This document shows positions 9,005 through 18,572 of a stretch of 64,000 nt of DNA, one piece after another (the first letter of the stretch is position 1; the number at the start of each line of letters is the position of its first letter). Location: the IMG/VR virus record IMGVR_UViG_3300036861_000507, positions 1 through 64,000 of that record. The stretch is one strand, 5' to 3'. The position numbers were made by a program, and so were the translations under genes. The notes below the pieces were generated by a model that was given only the letters and a program-made list of their open reading frames with translations, was not told the DNA's origin and ran no database searches. This DNA comes from a virus.

Positions 9005-10108
9005 TCAAGCCCGTTGCCGGGCCTGAATCTTGTCACGCGCGGTGATCAACTCGAGCTCGCGCTTCTGAACGGTGTCGCTCCAGTATTTGCGGGAATCCGT
9101 CTGCCGCAGCTTGTTGATCGCGGCCAACTCCGCCTCGATCCCCAGGCCGCCCTGAGCACCATCCTCCACCACGCTGGCGGCGGGGTTGACGTCCCTGGCC
9201 ACGGCCACCAGCATGCGGATGATTTCGGGGTCGTTGCCGTAGATCTGGCCATTGCCGCCGCGGCCGTTCAGCCATTCCTCGAAGCCCTCCTTCCCGCGTG
9301 GATGGAAGGCGTGGAGCGACTGGATCGAGTTCTTGTTGCGCTGGAAGGCCGGGCCCCATTCGTCTTTCAGGGCCTTCTCCGATTCGCGGCGGAAGGTGTC
9401 GTCGGCGGCGTCGATCTTGGCGGCGGCGTCCTCCTCCTGCTTGAAGTACCAGGACAGCGCCGCATTCATGACGGCGGGTGTGGCGCCGGCCTTGTGCACG
9501 GCCGCGGCAAAGCCGTCAGCTACCGGCTTGTCGGCCTCGCCGATGACGGCGCCGTTGTCGAGCTTGATGTCCTTGAAGTAGTCCTCGGGCTTCTCGGGGA
9601 CCCCCATCGCCTTGTGATAGGCCGCGATCTCCTCGGGCTTGGCGTCCTTGCCGGGGACCTTGACGAGCCCGCCGCCGGTGAACCTGCCCTCCAGCTCGCG
9701 GTACATGCCGTACATGCCGGCTGGGTCGATGATGCGCTTCAGCCGCGCCAGTTCCTTGGCGTAGACCTTCTTGTCGCCGCCGGCCAACTGCTCGGCGGCC
9801 TTCTCGCGCCAGTCCTCCGGCCAGTAGGGCTTGTGCGCCTTGTCGGCGGCGTCCTCTTTGGCCTTGTCGTCGGCCGCTACGTCGGCGCCAGCGGCAAGGG
9901 TCTTGCCCTTGCCCTCGCCAGCGGGCTTGCCGTCTCCGGCCGGTTTCCCGTCGCCGTCGGCTTTGGCAGCGTCAGCGACTTTGCCCGCCGCATCTCCTTC
10001 ATCGCCGGCGCCGTCTTGCGTCTCTCCGGCATCGCCCTTGACGTGGGACAGATCCTCTTCCGAGAACGACTCGGCCGCCTCAGCACCGCCTGCCTTTTCA
10101 TCCGCCAT
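9005..10108 (-). CDS. Capsid scaffolding protein
   Basis: Acidic low-complexity N-terminus, WPEDWRE and G.PEKPEDY motifs, LK.EWG; upstream of MCP. Confidence 0.8.
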   Translation of the reverse strand: MADEKAGGAEAAESFSEEDLSHVKGDAGETQDGAGDEGDAAGKVADAAKADGDGKPAGDGKPAGEGKGKTLAAGADVAADDKAKEDAADKAHKPYWPEDWREKAAEQLAGGDKKVYAKELARLKRIIDPAGMYGMYRELEGRFTGGGLVKVPGKDAKPEEIAAYHKAMGVPEKPEDYFKDIKLDNGAVIGEADKPVADGFAAAVHKAGATPAVMNAALSWYFKQEEDAAAKIDAADDTFRRESEKALKDEWGPAFQRNKNSIQSLHAFHPRGKEGFEEWLNGRGGNGQIYGNDPEIIRMLVAVARDVNPAASVVEDGAQGGLGIEAELAAINKLRQTDSRKYWSDTVQKRELELITARDKIQARQRA

Positions 10109-10111
10109 GGC

Positions 10112-10351
10112 CTAGTAAGTCTCCTTCTTGTCGCTCATCTTCATCGCGCCCTTGCCGCCCTTGACGGCGGCCAACGCCTTCATCTGCTCGGCGTGACACT
10201 TCATGGCCGCGCCGTAGCGGGCCTTGTCCTTCTTGATTTTCTCGGCCTCGATCAGGGTGCGGAGATCGCTCTCCGCCATGTACTTCTTCTGCTCTTTTTC
10301 CATCGCGGCTTTGTTCATGGCGCGTCCTGGGTCTGTGGTTGGAACGTCATG
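10112..10351 (-). CDS. Hypothetical phage protein
   Basis: AESDLRTLIEAEKIKKD small helical ORF in the head operon; start uncertain. Confidence 0.6.
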   Translation of the reverse strand, partial: HDVPTTDPGRAMNKAAMEKEQKKYMAESDLRTLIEAEKIKKDKARYGAAMKCHAEQMKALAAVKGGKGAMKMSDKKETY

Positions 10352-10679
10352 CATCGCGGGCACTCTTCTCGAACACCTTCGGGCTCAGCCGCATCAGCTT
10401 GACCAGCTGCTGTCCCACCGATTGCCGGCCATCGATGAAGGCGCCGATGCGCCCGTGCGGGTCCTCGGCCACGAATCCGTTGTCGTAGGACTGGGCCGCC
10501 CCGTGGATGATCCAGTCGAGCGCCCGCCTGACGTCGGCCGGGGACGGGGCCGGGGGCTCCTCGCCGGCCGGCCACGGCCGCTCGGCCCCCATGGCGTAGA
10601 GAGCGAGCGCCTGAACGGCCCTCACATCCTCAGGCTGCCACTCGGCTGGGTGCCACACTGCGCGCTCGGGTTTCGCCAT
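10347..10679 (-). CDS. Small head-region protein (Bbp19-like position)
   Basis: AF.DGRQ.VG motif; follows portal. Confidence 0.6.
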   Translation of the reverse strand: MAKPERAVWHPAEWQPEDVRAVQALALYAMGAERPWPAGEEPPAPSPADVRRALDWIIHGAAQSYDNGFVAEDPHGRIGAFIDGRQSVGQQLVKLMRLSPKVFEKSARDA

Positions 10680-10682
10680 GCG

Positions 10683-12356
10683 CTACTGCCCCCGCCCGTT
10701 GACCGGCACGGGCTGCTGGGTGGTGCCCTTGACCAACGCCTCGAGCCCCTTGCCCGCCTGCTCGGCCACCTGCCCGCCGGCGGCGATCTCTTCCATGACC
10801 TGCTGGGTCTCAGCCTGCTCCGCCATCTGCGCCCGCTTGGCCGCGACGGCCTCCTTGGGCTTGAACCAGGTGGCCTTCCAGCCGTTGGAGCGCAGGGCGT
10901 CGCGGGTCGCCTCGTGCAAGTCCACGATCTCGGCCAGCGACTGGTCGACCTGCATCGCCGGCATCAGGATGCGGTCGCGGTTGTCGAGGTAGAGCTCGGC
11001 CTCGTTCTGCTCGGCCAATTCGTCGATGGGAGAGCGGAACTTGAACTTCAGATCGCTGCCGGCCAGCGAGTCCGGCATCCGCTCGGCGATGATCCGCTCC
11101 AGGCCGTTGTCGCGCAGCACCTGGAACAGCCCGTCGCAGAGCGGGTGATTGCTCTCCTTCTGGATCGGCTTGGAGATCGGCGAGGCGCTGCGGATGTGCT
11201 CCTGGATGCGGCGGCGCACCTCGGTCGCCGTCATCTTGGCGTTGGTCTCGGGCAGTTGAATCTTGTCGAGGAAGAAGCCAGAGCGGATATCGGCCTTGAT
11301 GGCCGCGGCCAGGTCCACGCCGATGGGAAAGCCGCTGTGCTGCTGGGTGACCGGGCGCAGCACGTCGCCGATCTTGTTGTCGTACTCGATGTCGGCGGTG
11401 GTGATGCCGCCCGGGTAGTAGGCGATGTCGCCGCGGATCGCGTCGCCGATCTGGATCATCGGCGGGTTGACGTACATCTCCCCCGCTTCCCTGAGCGTGC
11501 GCATCATGACCTGCAGGGTGCGCCCGTCGGGGAGCAACACGTCGGTGGCCATCGAGGTGCCGAACACTGAGCCCGCCACCCGCTGCCAGCGCGGGATCAC
11601 GTAGCCCAGATAGTTCTGCCCGACCTCCTCCAGGACGGTCTCGGACTCCTTCTCCACATACAGCGAGGCGAACGGGAACCGCTTGCCGCCCTTGGTCTTG
11701 TAGTCGTAGAGCCGGGTGGGCAGAACTACATGGCGGCACTCGAAGGTCTTCTCGGGGTCCTTCTCGCAGGCGCGTTTGACCTCGGCCGACACGGCGTCGC
11801 CGAACTGGTTCTTGAGCTGGCGGGCGGTGGGGTTCCATTTGCACCACACCGCATCGGTCTTGTGATCGGCGTTGTCGGCCCACACCACATCGCGCAGGTG
11901 CCGGCTGGACGTGAGGAGGGCGTCACGGCTGGTGTTGGTGCCGTACTTGACCACGGCGTTGCCGAAGGCCGCGAAGTCGTGATCGTGCTGGGCCATCGCC
12001 GTCACCAGGTCGGCGACCGGATCGGTCATCGCCCGCCACTGGATTTCGGTGAGGAACTCCAGGAAGGCGCGGTTGTAATCGTCCTTGTCGAGGTCCTCGT
12101 CGTCGACGTGGATGGAGAACCACTTGTCGGGCCTGAGGAACTCGGCCAGCATGTTGCCGAGCTCGCGCCGGGCCATGCTGGGGTAGGAGGAGAACAGGTG
12201 GTCGGAGTATTCCTCGCCCTGGTCCCGCTCGACGGTGAAGCTGGCCATCTTCGGGTAGAAGTTGAGCGCGATCTCCTGCCATAGGGCATCGACGGTGCGC
12301 TTCTTCTCGAAGAGGCCTTCGCCGATGCGGATGACCTCCCTGGCTCGACTGTCCAT
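10683..12356 (-). CDS. Portal (head-to-tail connector)
   Basis: 557 aa; WQEIA..FYP, PRW..V.GS.FG.S and MTATEV motifs of podoviral portals. Confidence 0.92.
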   Translation of the reverse strand: MDSRAREVIRIGEGLFEKKRTVDALWQEIALNFYPKMASFTVERDQGEEYSDHLFSSYPSMARRELGNMLAEFLRPDKWFSIHVDDEDLDKDDYNRAFLEFLTEIQWRAMTDPVADLVTAMAQHDHDFAAFGNAVVKYGTNTSRDALLTSSRHLRDVVWADNADHKTDAVWCKWNPTARQLKNQFGDAVSAEVKRACEKDPEKTFECRHVVLPTRLYDYKTKGGKRFPFASLYVEKESETVLEEVGQNYLGYVIPRWQRVAGSVFGTSMATDVLLPDGRTLQVMMRTLREAGEMYVNPPMIQIGDAIRGDIAYYPGGITTADIEYDNKIGDVLRPVTQQHSGFPIGVDLAAAIKADIRSGFFLDKIQLPETNAKMTATEVRRRIQEHIRSASPISKPIQKESNHPLCDGLFQVLRDNGLERIIAERMPDSLAGSDLKFKFRSPIDELAEQNEAELYLDNRDRILMPAMQVDQSLAEIVDLHEATRDALRSNGWKATWFKPKEAVAAKRAQMAEQAETQQVMEEIAAGGQVAEQAGKGLEALVKGTTQQPVPVNGRGQ

Positions 12357-12363
12357 CAGATCG

Positions 12364-12582
12364 TTATCCCAGCGTGGCGCGGGTGTAGTCGGCGCCGACG
12401 GTGGCGCTGGTCTGGTCGGTCAGGATGGTCGACAGACGGCCCTTGCGCTTGAGCGCGGCCTCCCTGGTGCGCAGGCCCGCCGCCTGCACGTCCGGGTCGG
12501 CGATGGTGGGCATACGCGTGGGCGCCGGGGGGTCCGGCATCTTGGGGGCCTTGGGGGCGAACATCTTGCCGAGACCGGCCAT
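12364..12582 (-). CDS. Small virion-associated protein upstream of portal
   Basis: PKAPKMP...R.GR.STILT motif typical of this position. Confidence 0.7.
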   Translation of the reverse strand: MAGLGKMFAPKAPKMPDPPAPTRMPTIADPDVQAAGLRTREAALKRKGRLSTILTDQTSATVGADYTRATLG

Positions 12583-12821
12583 TCAGCGTCTCCCTTTGGC
12601 GTTGTGGTATGCGAGGATCATCTGCGGCGGCGATCGGTGCGAGCGTTTGCCGGGCCGCGGCGGCTCCGGGGGGTACTCGTCCGGGCGGGCGCTCTCGGGC
12701 ACCCATTCGACCGGCGGCAGAGGTTGAGCGCGCGGCGAGCGATTGCGCGGCACGTGTTGTGGTTCCTGGGCCGGCCTGGTGGGCCGCCGAGCGGGATGAG
12801 CCAAGTGCGCTCCTTAAAGGA

Positions 12822-14291
12822 TCAGTGCCGGCGGCCGTGGTGGGACTTGGCGCCGGCGTAGGCCAGGATGACCCTGGGCGGCGGTCGTGCCTTGCCGCCG
12901 CGGGCCTCGCGGGCCATGGCCGGGAAGATCGCCGTGCAGCCCCAGATCATGGCATCGGCGCGGTCCGGCGACCGGTCGCCGAGATAGCCGCCGGTGGTCA
13001 TGGCGCAGAGTTGGTGCTCGAGTTCCTGGAAGCGTCCGACCATGGATAGCTTGCCCTGCTGGAACAGGGCGGCGATCGGCTCGGCGCGGACGATCTTGCC
13101 GCGCGAGGCATGCACCTCGCGGCAGGGGATCGGCAGGCCATCACTGGTGGCCGCGGTGCGGATCACCTCGCGCACCATGGCGCCGCCGAAGTTGACCTCG
13201 GCGATCACCGCGTCAGCCTGCCAGCGGTCATAGGCGGAAGCGACGATGGTCTTCCACTTGTCGGGACCGAACCGGCCGGATAGGTCCTCCAGCACGTAGC
13301 CGCGCCCATCGACCCCGAGTCCAACCACGAGGATGCCGACCTCGTCGGAACGCAGGTCCTCCGGGCCCGAGCAGCCCGAAGGGTCGACCGCCACCATGAT
13401 GCGCTGCATCTCGGGCGGGTCGTTGTCCAGGAGCCGCCCGTTGTCGAGCATCTCCGGCGTCCACAGGGCGGTGTCGTCGTCGTCGGAGAACACGCCCAGC
13501 AGGAAGCGCTGGCGTTTCCTTTCGTCGAGGTTCTCCAGCTCGTGGAGATATTCGTCCTTGAGGTTCGCCCGGTTGTGGCCGGGGTTGATCTGCAAAGAGA
13601 CGTAGTTGTCGGGGTCGGCCAGCGGCTGGTGGCGCGCGGGCGCGATCTTGTCGATGAAGTAGAGGTAGGTCCAGTGCCGCTTCGACGGTGGATTGCAGTC
13701 GTAGAACATTTTGAACGGCAGCGGCGTGTTCTGCGCCAGCCGCGTCACCGCCATGTCGCGCGAGGCGATGGGGATCTGGCTGCACTCGTTCAGGAAGATG
13801 GATGCGAACTCGGATCCGAGAATCTTCTCGGTGCGCTCCTTGTCGTCGAGTCCGCCGAACCAGACCTCCGAGCCATTGGGGAGCTGGTAGAACCAATCGG
13901 TCTTGTTGAGCTTGCTGTCGGCGATGGCGCCCGGAAAGCACAGCTTCATCACCTTGGGCAGGGTGTCGTAGATGATCGACCCCTTGAGGTGGTTGAAACG
14001 GAAGCGCAGGACCGCGTGCCGGCTCTCGTGCTTGAGGGCCCGGCGGATGATCTTGCGCATGATGAGGAACGTCTTGCCCGAGCGCGAGCCGCCGAACAGC
14101 ATGCAGTGGGTAGCTGTGGAGTCGAGCAGATCATCGGCTTCGATCTGGCGTTGCGTGAGGTCGCAGGTGGCGCCGATGCGGTACTTGATGTCGGGCATCG
14201 CCACGAGGGCGTTGCGCTTGTCCGCCGGCAGTGCGCTGATCCGACGCTCCAGCTCATCGAGGAGCGGGTCGGCGAGGGTGGCTGTGCTCAC
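12822..14291 (-). CDS. terL: Terminase large subunit
   Basis: Walker A GGSRSGKT, Walker B-like IFLNE, CNP motif, nuclease VAVDPS and SPDRADA. Confidence 0.93.
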   Translation of the reverse strand: MSTATLADPLLDELERRISALPADKRNALVAMPDIKYRIGATCDLTQRQIEADDLLDSTATHCMLFGGSRSGKTFLIMRKIIRRALKHESRHAVLRFRFNHLKGSIIYDTLPKVMKLCFPGAIADSKLNKTDWFYQLPNGSEVWFGGLDDKERTEKILGSEFASIFLNECSQIPIASRDMAVTRLAQNTPLPFKMFYDCNPPSKRHWTYLYFIDKIAPARHQPLADPDNYVSLQINPGHNRANLKDEYLHELENLDERKRQRFLLGVFSDDDDTALWTPEMLDNGRLLDNDPPEMQRIMVAVDPSGCSGPEDLRSDEVGILVVGLGVDGRGYVLEDLSGRFGPDKWKTIVASAYDRWQADAVIAEVNFGGAMVREVIRTAATSDGLPIPCREVHASRGKIVRAEPIAALFQQGKLSMVGRFQELEHQLCAMTTGGYLGDRSPDRADAMIWGCTAIFPAMAREARGGKARPPPRVILAYAGAKSHHGRRH

Positions 14292-14296
14292 TTGAA

Positions 14297-14479
14297 TTAG
14301 TCGAGAAGCCCGCCAAGCGTGCCGCCACTGCTGGCGATGGTCGGTGTGGGCGCAGGCTTCTTCTTGTCCTTGCCGCGGATGCGGTCATAGGCGAGTTGGG
14401 CAAAGCCCATCGGCTTCATCACATCTCCGAGCGGAAAGGGCTTGGTCATGCTCGACATGGTGTCTTTCAGTCCGGCCAT
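14297..14479 (-). CDS. Hypothetical small protein
   Basis: ORF with SD GGAG abutting terL. Confidence 0.55.
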   Translation of the reverse strand: MAGLKDTMSSMTKPFPLGDVMKPMGFAQLAYDRIRGKDKKKPAPTPTIASSGGTLGGLLD

Positions 14480-14533
14480 GCTTCGGTCTCCAGGAGCGTT
14501 GCGCGCGCCAGCGAAGCCCGGTAGAAGGCTTGC

Positions 14534-14785
14534 ATGCTGACGACGCGAAGAGGATTGATTACGGGGCTGGCGGCCTTCTTGGCCGCGCCGGCCATCGTGC
14601 GGATTTCAAGCTTGATGCCAGTGAAGGCGTTCGCGACTGCGGAAGAAGTGTTCTGGTCCGCGCCGTTGCAACTCCCGCCATCAGCGCTTCAGTACAGACA
14701 GGAGTTCATCCGCGTCTTTGAGGAGAGCGTGCAATGGCTGCGACACACAAGTAATGATCAGGCGGCCAGGCTCTTCCAATCCTGA
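14534..14785 (+). CDS. Tat-signal-like small protein carrying an MCP N-terminus-like segment
   Basis: TRRGLITGLAAFLAAPAIVR leader; LQYRQEFIRVFEESVQWLRHT resembles MCP IQYRQQIVATFEEGMSWLRQT. Confidence 0.6.
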   Translation: MLTTRRGLITGLAAFLAAPAIVRISSLMPVKAFATAEEVFWSAPLQLPPSALQYRQEFIRVFEESVQWLRHTSNDQAARLFQS

Positions 14786-15327
14786 CGGATGCGGTCCAAA
14801 TCATCTGCCGGGCACCCGTTATCTACGAACCACGCCTCGCCCCACGGCGGCGCCCAGGCCTTGCGCGTTTCCCGGATCACCGACACCGCCTTGAGCTCCA
14901 GCGCCATTGCGCACGCGACCCGGTGGGAGCCGTCGAGCAGCTCGCCGTCGGGGTCGATGGGGATCGCTCCCTGAGGCAGGAACCCATGGCTCGCCATCGA
15001 GGCGCAGAGTTCCTTGGCGGCTTCCGTGTAGTCGACGAGGCTCGTCTTCCACTTGTCGGTGGCGAGGCCTGCCTTCATGCGGGCGCCGGAGCGCTTGTCG
15101 AGGTGCCAGCGATACAGTCGCTCGGCGTCGACGTCACCGCTTCCACCAGGGAGGAGGAACCGAAAGTAGCGGACCTTCAGGGCAATATCCCATCGCCGCG
15201 GCGTCACAAGCGCCCTGGTCGGAGAACTCGAGTAGCTGGGCTCGGGCTGCCTGGATGGACTGGTGCTGCACGTCAATTTCAATGACCGGGACACCGCGCT
15301 CACGAAGCACCTCTTTTGCCAAAGCAA
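14758..15327 (-). CDS. ParB/Srx-like domain protein (start uncertain)
   Basis: IPIDPDGELLDGSHRVACA motif. Confidence 0.6.
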   Translation of the reverse strand: MLWQKRCFVSAVSRSLKLTCSTSPSRQPEPSYSSSPTRALVTPRRWDIALKVRYFRFLLPGGSGDVDAERLYRWHLDKRSGARMKAGLATDKWKTSLVDYTEAAKELCASMASHGFLPQGAIPIDPDGELLDGSHRVACAMALELKAVSVIRETRKAWAPPWGEAWFVDNGCPADDLDRIRQDWKSLAA

Positions 15328-15796
15328 TCGACGGGATCATGAACGCGACCTGATGCGATCTGTTCTCGTGCCGAGTGGCCGGGTTCTTCTCTCGCTCGCG
15401 GTTGCGCGCCAGGATGGTTTCGAGGTCGGCCTCCAGGAACGCCACGCCCACCGATACCGGCATTCGCCACAGGGCGGGGCGGATCAGATTGATGTCGCGG
15501 CCCAGCTCCTGCAAGCGCCAGCCGAAGCCCAGAATGCGCTGCACCAGCCCGGTCTGCACGAAGGTCCTGTCGTCCTGCATCCGCTCGACAGTCGCCATCT
15601 TCTTGGCGGAGCGGTCGTTCATGCGCAGGACGGCCTCGAAGCTCGGGTGATCGCGAACGAGACCGCACAGGGTCGTGATCTCGTCCAAGAACATGCGCCA
15701 GTAGGCGGGTGGGAGCTTGCCGTCCCACGTGACGGATTTGTCGCCCCAGACGGGATAGCAGAGGGTGGACTTTCCGCAGCCTGGAGGGCCGGCCAC
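15134..15796 (-). CDS. P-loop kinase-like protein
   Basis: GPPGCGKST Walker A at the N-terminus; lid-like ARNRER; true start may be a few codons upstream. Confidence 0.7.
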   Translation of the reverse strand: MAGPPGCGKSTLCYPVWGDKSVTWDGKLPPAYWRMFLDEITTLCGLVRDHPSFEAVLRMNDRSAKKMATVERMQDDRTFVQTGLVQRILGFGWRLQELGRDINLIRPALWRMPVSVGVAFLEADLETILARNREREKNPATRHENRSHQVAFMIPSIALAKEVLRERGVPVIEIDVQHQSIQAARAQLLEFSDQGACDAAAMGYCPEGPLLSVPPPWWKR

Positions 15797-15797
15797 A

Positions 15798-16658
15798 TCA
15801 ACGTGCAGGATCGCCGCCTCCCGCCCGCTTGATGGCTGCCTCTATGGATACGCCATCATTCACAAGTGCGTAGACGTAGTTGCGGCGGCCGCGGCGTTCA
15901 ATACCAGCGAGCTCTACCGCTTCCGCTATCGTCATCAGGCGCCCGCAGAAGGTCACCGTGTGGTTGCAGCGTCTGTTGCGTTGCTGCTCTTTGCAAGTGG
16001 CCCACCGACAGTTTGCTGCCGCGTAACCCTTGTCGTTGTCGATGCGGTCTATGGTCTTGCCGGGGGGCCGTTCTCCCATGTCGGCGAGGAAGTTTTCAAA
16101 TCTGCGCCAGTGGGCGCAAACAGTGATGCCACGTCCGCCGTAGTCAGCAAACTTTCCATTGTTCTCGTTGAGACACCGCTGCATCATCGCGTCCCACGCT
16201 TGGTACGTCGCTGACCGTCTGTGTGTCGCGTTGTGCCCATGCCTATATCTGCGCTCTGTCGCCCAGCACCCGCATGACTTCGTGTGACCGCTTGTCAGTC
16301 TGCGAGCGACTGTGACGACCTCATTCCCGCATTTGCATCGGCACCGCCACTGTCTTCGTGGCTTGCCGTTCGCACGAATGTATCGCGGCGCTTCATCAAT
16401 AATTGTCAACCGGCCGAACGTGCGCCCGATCAGGCGCGACGCTATCTGCTCGCCATCGTCCACCCGGTAGCAACCGCAATTGGTCGTGTTACCACGACGA
16501 AGCGCCGATTGCCTGATGACGCGTTCGGTTCCGCAATCGCAGCGACAATGCCATTGCTTCTCCGTGCGACCGCTTCGCGCAATGTGCATGGGCGCCTCGG
16601 CGACAAGCGTCCACTTGCCGAAGCGTTGACCGACATTCAGGATGACGATCTTTGGCAT
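15798..16658 (-). CDS. Free-standing HNH homing endonuclease with duplicated N-terminal Cys module
   Basis: Two G..FG.LT...W.CRC.CG...CGC repeats; YGGRGITVC..W; TIDRIDNDKGY...NCRWAT. Confidence 0.85.
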   Translation of the reverse strand: MPKIVILNVGQRFGKWTLVAEAPMHIARSGRTEKQWHCRCDCGTERVIRQSALRRGNTTNCGCYRVDDGEQIASRLIGRTFGRLTIIDEAPRYIRANGKPRRQWRCRCKCGNEVVTVARRLTSGHTKSCGCWATERRYRHGHNATHRRSATYQAWDAMMQRCLNENNGKFADYGGRGITVCAHWRRFENFLADMGERPPGKTIDRIDNDKGYAAANCRWATCKEQQRNRRCNHTVTFCGRLMTIAEAVELAGIERRGRRNYVYALVNDGVSIEAAIKRAGGGDPAR

Positions 16659-16717
16659 CGGCCATACACAGCACGCGCGGAGTCCGCAGGCAAATCAACT
16701 GCGCGCGGATTCCACAG

Positions 16718-17431
16718 TCATCGCAGGTGCTCACTTATCCAGCGGTTGCGCGCCAGCACCTCCGGTCGATCATGCTTGCCATGGCTACCGGGAAACGTGA
16801 CCACGCACGCGTTCGCCGGCAGCTCCCCATCGACCCCCGATCCCGGTGTATCGGCACGCGCAAGCCGGTAGACCCCGTCCCGAACCCCATCGAAGTACGG
16901 CACATACGGCCCAAGAGCATCGGAGAGATACCACTGGTCGTCCTTGGCCGGCACCTTCTTGCCGAGGTCGAGGAAGCACTGCCACAGCTCGGGCATGGAG
17001 CCGCACTTGTGCAGCAGCAGAGACGTATTGTAGAGGGCGCGTCCTGGCCTGGATGGGTGCCGGGCCGGGTTCCTCCACAGCACTAGGTCCTCGGTGCGGG
17101 TCACGAGGTGGTCCATGTTGCCGACGATGATGGTGTCCAGGTCCAGCTGCAGGACCCGATCGCCGATCATGGCGTAGGCCTCCATGCAGAAGGTGAACAG
17201 GCGCACGAAGCACGTGCCTGGCACGTGCGTCCGCTTGTCGATGTCGACAGCCCTGATGTGCTGGTCGCAGACGAACGCCTCTGGCTGATCCGTGATGACC
17301 ACGAACTCGTGCGGCACGGTCAGGTGGCGGGCGACCATCCTCTGCAGCAGGCGGACGTCGTCAGGCGTGTAGGGGGCGGCGAACTTGCTGCCTGGGTCTG
17401 GTTGCCAGAAGTACGTGCAGACAACTACCAT
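16718..17431 (-). CDS. GT-A-like glycosyltransferase, paralogue 1
   Basis: RMVARHL..PH.FVVITD, DLD (DxD), YNTSLLL, DDQ, V.FPG motifs. Confidence 0.7.
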   Translation of the reverse strand: MVVVCTYFWQPDPGSKFAAPYTPDDVRLLQRMVARHLTVPHEFVVITDQPEAFVCDQHIRAVDIDKRTHVPGTCFVRLFTFCMEAYAMIGDRVLQLDLDTIIVGNMDHLVTRTEDLVLWRNPARHPSRPGRALYNTSLLLHKCGSMPELWQCFLDLGKKVPAKDDQWYLSDALGPYVPYFDGVRDGVYRLARADTPGSGVDGELPANACVVTFPGSHGKHDRPEVLARNRWISEHLR

Positions 17432-17880
17432 CAGACCCCCAGACACTTATTGCGCTCAGCCCAGAGCGGGGCCATGCGACCGGGGATCAGGCCACTGATG
17501 GCGCTCGGTTCCGCACTGTGGAGCATGATGGCGTCCTGCTCCTCATCGTAGCGGACGACATAAGCACGGTGCGAGGACTTCGGCAAAAGCCCGTTGATTC
17601 CGCGCGTTGCGGTGGGGTCAAAGAACAGGACGATCGGATCGGACCAGATCACCACGACGTCGTTAGAGGGTGGCTCGCGCTTCGACAGATCGCAGGGCTT
17701 GCCGCTGGCCTTGATGAGCGTCTCGAACTCAGCGTAGGTCAGCGTCTTCGGCGTGATGTCGGGCTGCGAAGGGATGTGCCGCCCCACCACGGCTTCGAGC
17801 TCGGCAACAGTCGGCGAACGCGGCTGCGCATTGATGAGTTCGATAAGCGCGCTGGTTATCGCCGTCACGGGCTGGGTCAC
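17431..17880 (-). CDS. Hypothetical protein containing MCP-like peptides
   Basis: GTG start and TGA stop coupled to both neighbours; contains ATRGINGLLP, YDEEQD, ISGLIPGR. Confidence 0.65.
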   Translation of the reverse strand: MTQPVTAITSALIELINAQPRSPTVAELEAVVGRHIPSQPDITPKTLTYAEFETLIKASGKPCDLSKREPPSNDVVVIWSDPIVLFFDPTATRGINGLLPKSSHRAYVVRYDEEQDAIMLHSAEPSAISGLIPGRMAPLWAERNKCLGV

Positions 17881-18572
17881 GCCGCCCTCGCGAAGCGCAT
17901 GACGCGGTAGTCGAGGACGTATCCAGCCGCGCTCTCCGCCAGTTTCCAGTCCGGCGTCAGCACGCTCTCGAACAACTCCTGGCTCCTGGCCTCGCGATGA
18001 TTGGCGACGCGGGCTGTCAGGATGATCCGTCTGCGGGCCACCCGCTGCAGCTCCCGCATCATGACCTGATTGTCGGCCGGGGACAGCCAGCGCGAGATTC
18101 GGCAGGCAACCGCCGCGTCCACGCTCTTGTCCTCGAGCCCGCTCTGGCGCACGTCGCCGATGATGAGGGAGCCCTTGTCCTTGATCCGGAGCGGCAGGAT
18201 GGTGTTGCGCTGGTTGGAGGCGGCCACCCACTGCTCCACTTGGTGCTGCGGCATGACCTTGAGGGCCGACTGCACCAGCATGTCGCCGGAGATGTCGGCG
18301 CCTACGAAGTGGAACCCTTTTTCACCGTAGAAGGTGAGAAATCGCCCCGTCCCCACCGGGCAGTCCAGGACCACGGAGCCCGCCGGCAGGTCGGAGAGCA
18401 TGCCCTCGATGAGCCGCTGCTCGCATGTCCACTTCGGGGAGGACTCGCGCTTGGCGTCGTAGCCCTCGGCGATGGGGCCGTGGTACTTCTCCGCGCCGTT
18501 CGCTCCGGGTGCCTGCGGGTGCGGGCGCTGCTGCTGGACGGGCGGGAGGTATTCCATCAGGGGGTGGGTCAC
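17877..18572 (-). CDS. Class I SAM-dependent methyltransferase
   Basis: VLDCPVGTGRF, GADIS.DML, GDV...LEDKSVD motifs. Confidence 0.85.
   Translation of the reverse strand: MTHPLMEYLPPVQQQRPHPQAPGANGAEKYHGPIAEGYDAKRESSPKWTCEQRLIEGMLSDLPAGSVVLDCPVGTGRFLTFYGEKGFHFVGADISGDMLVQSALKVMPQHQVEQWVAASNQRNTILPLRIKDKGSLIIGDVRQSGLEDKSVDAAVACRISRWLSPADNQVMMRELQRVARRRIILTARVANHREARSQELFESVLTPDWKLAESAAGYVLDYRVMRFARAA

Noticed and set aside
15797-15820. A third non-canonical start (GCG/ATC) for the P-loop kinase
   Set aside because: The upstream ILHVDV strand suggests an earlier start, but a usable GTG exists and the context does not match the ACG motif; too weak to claim
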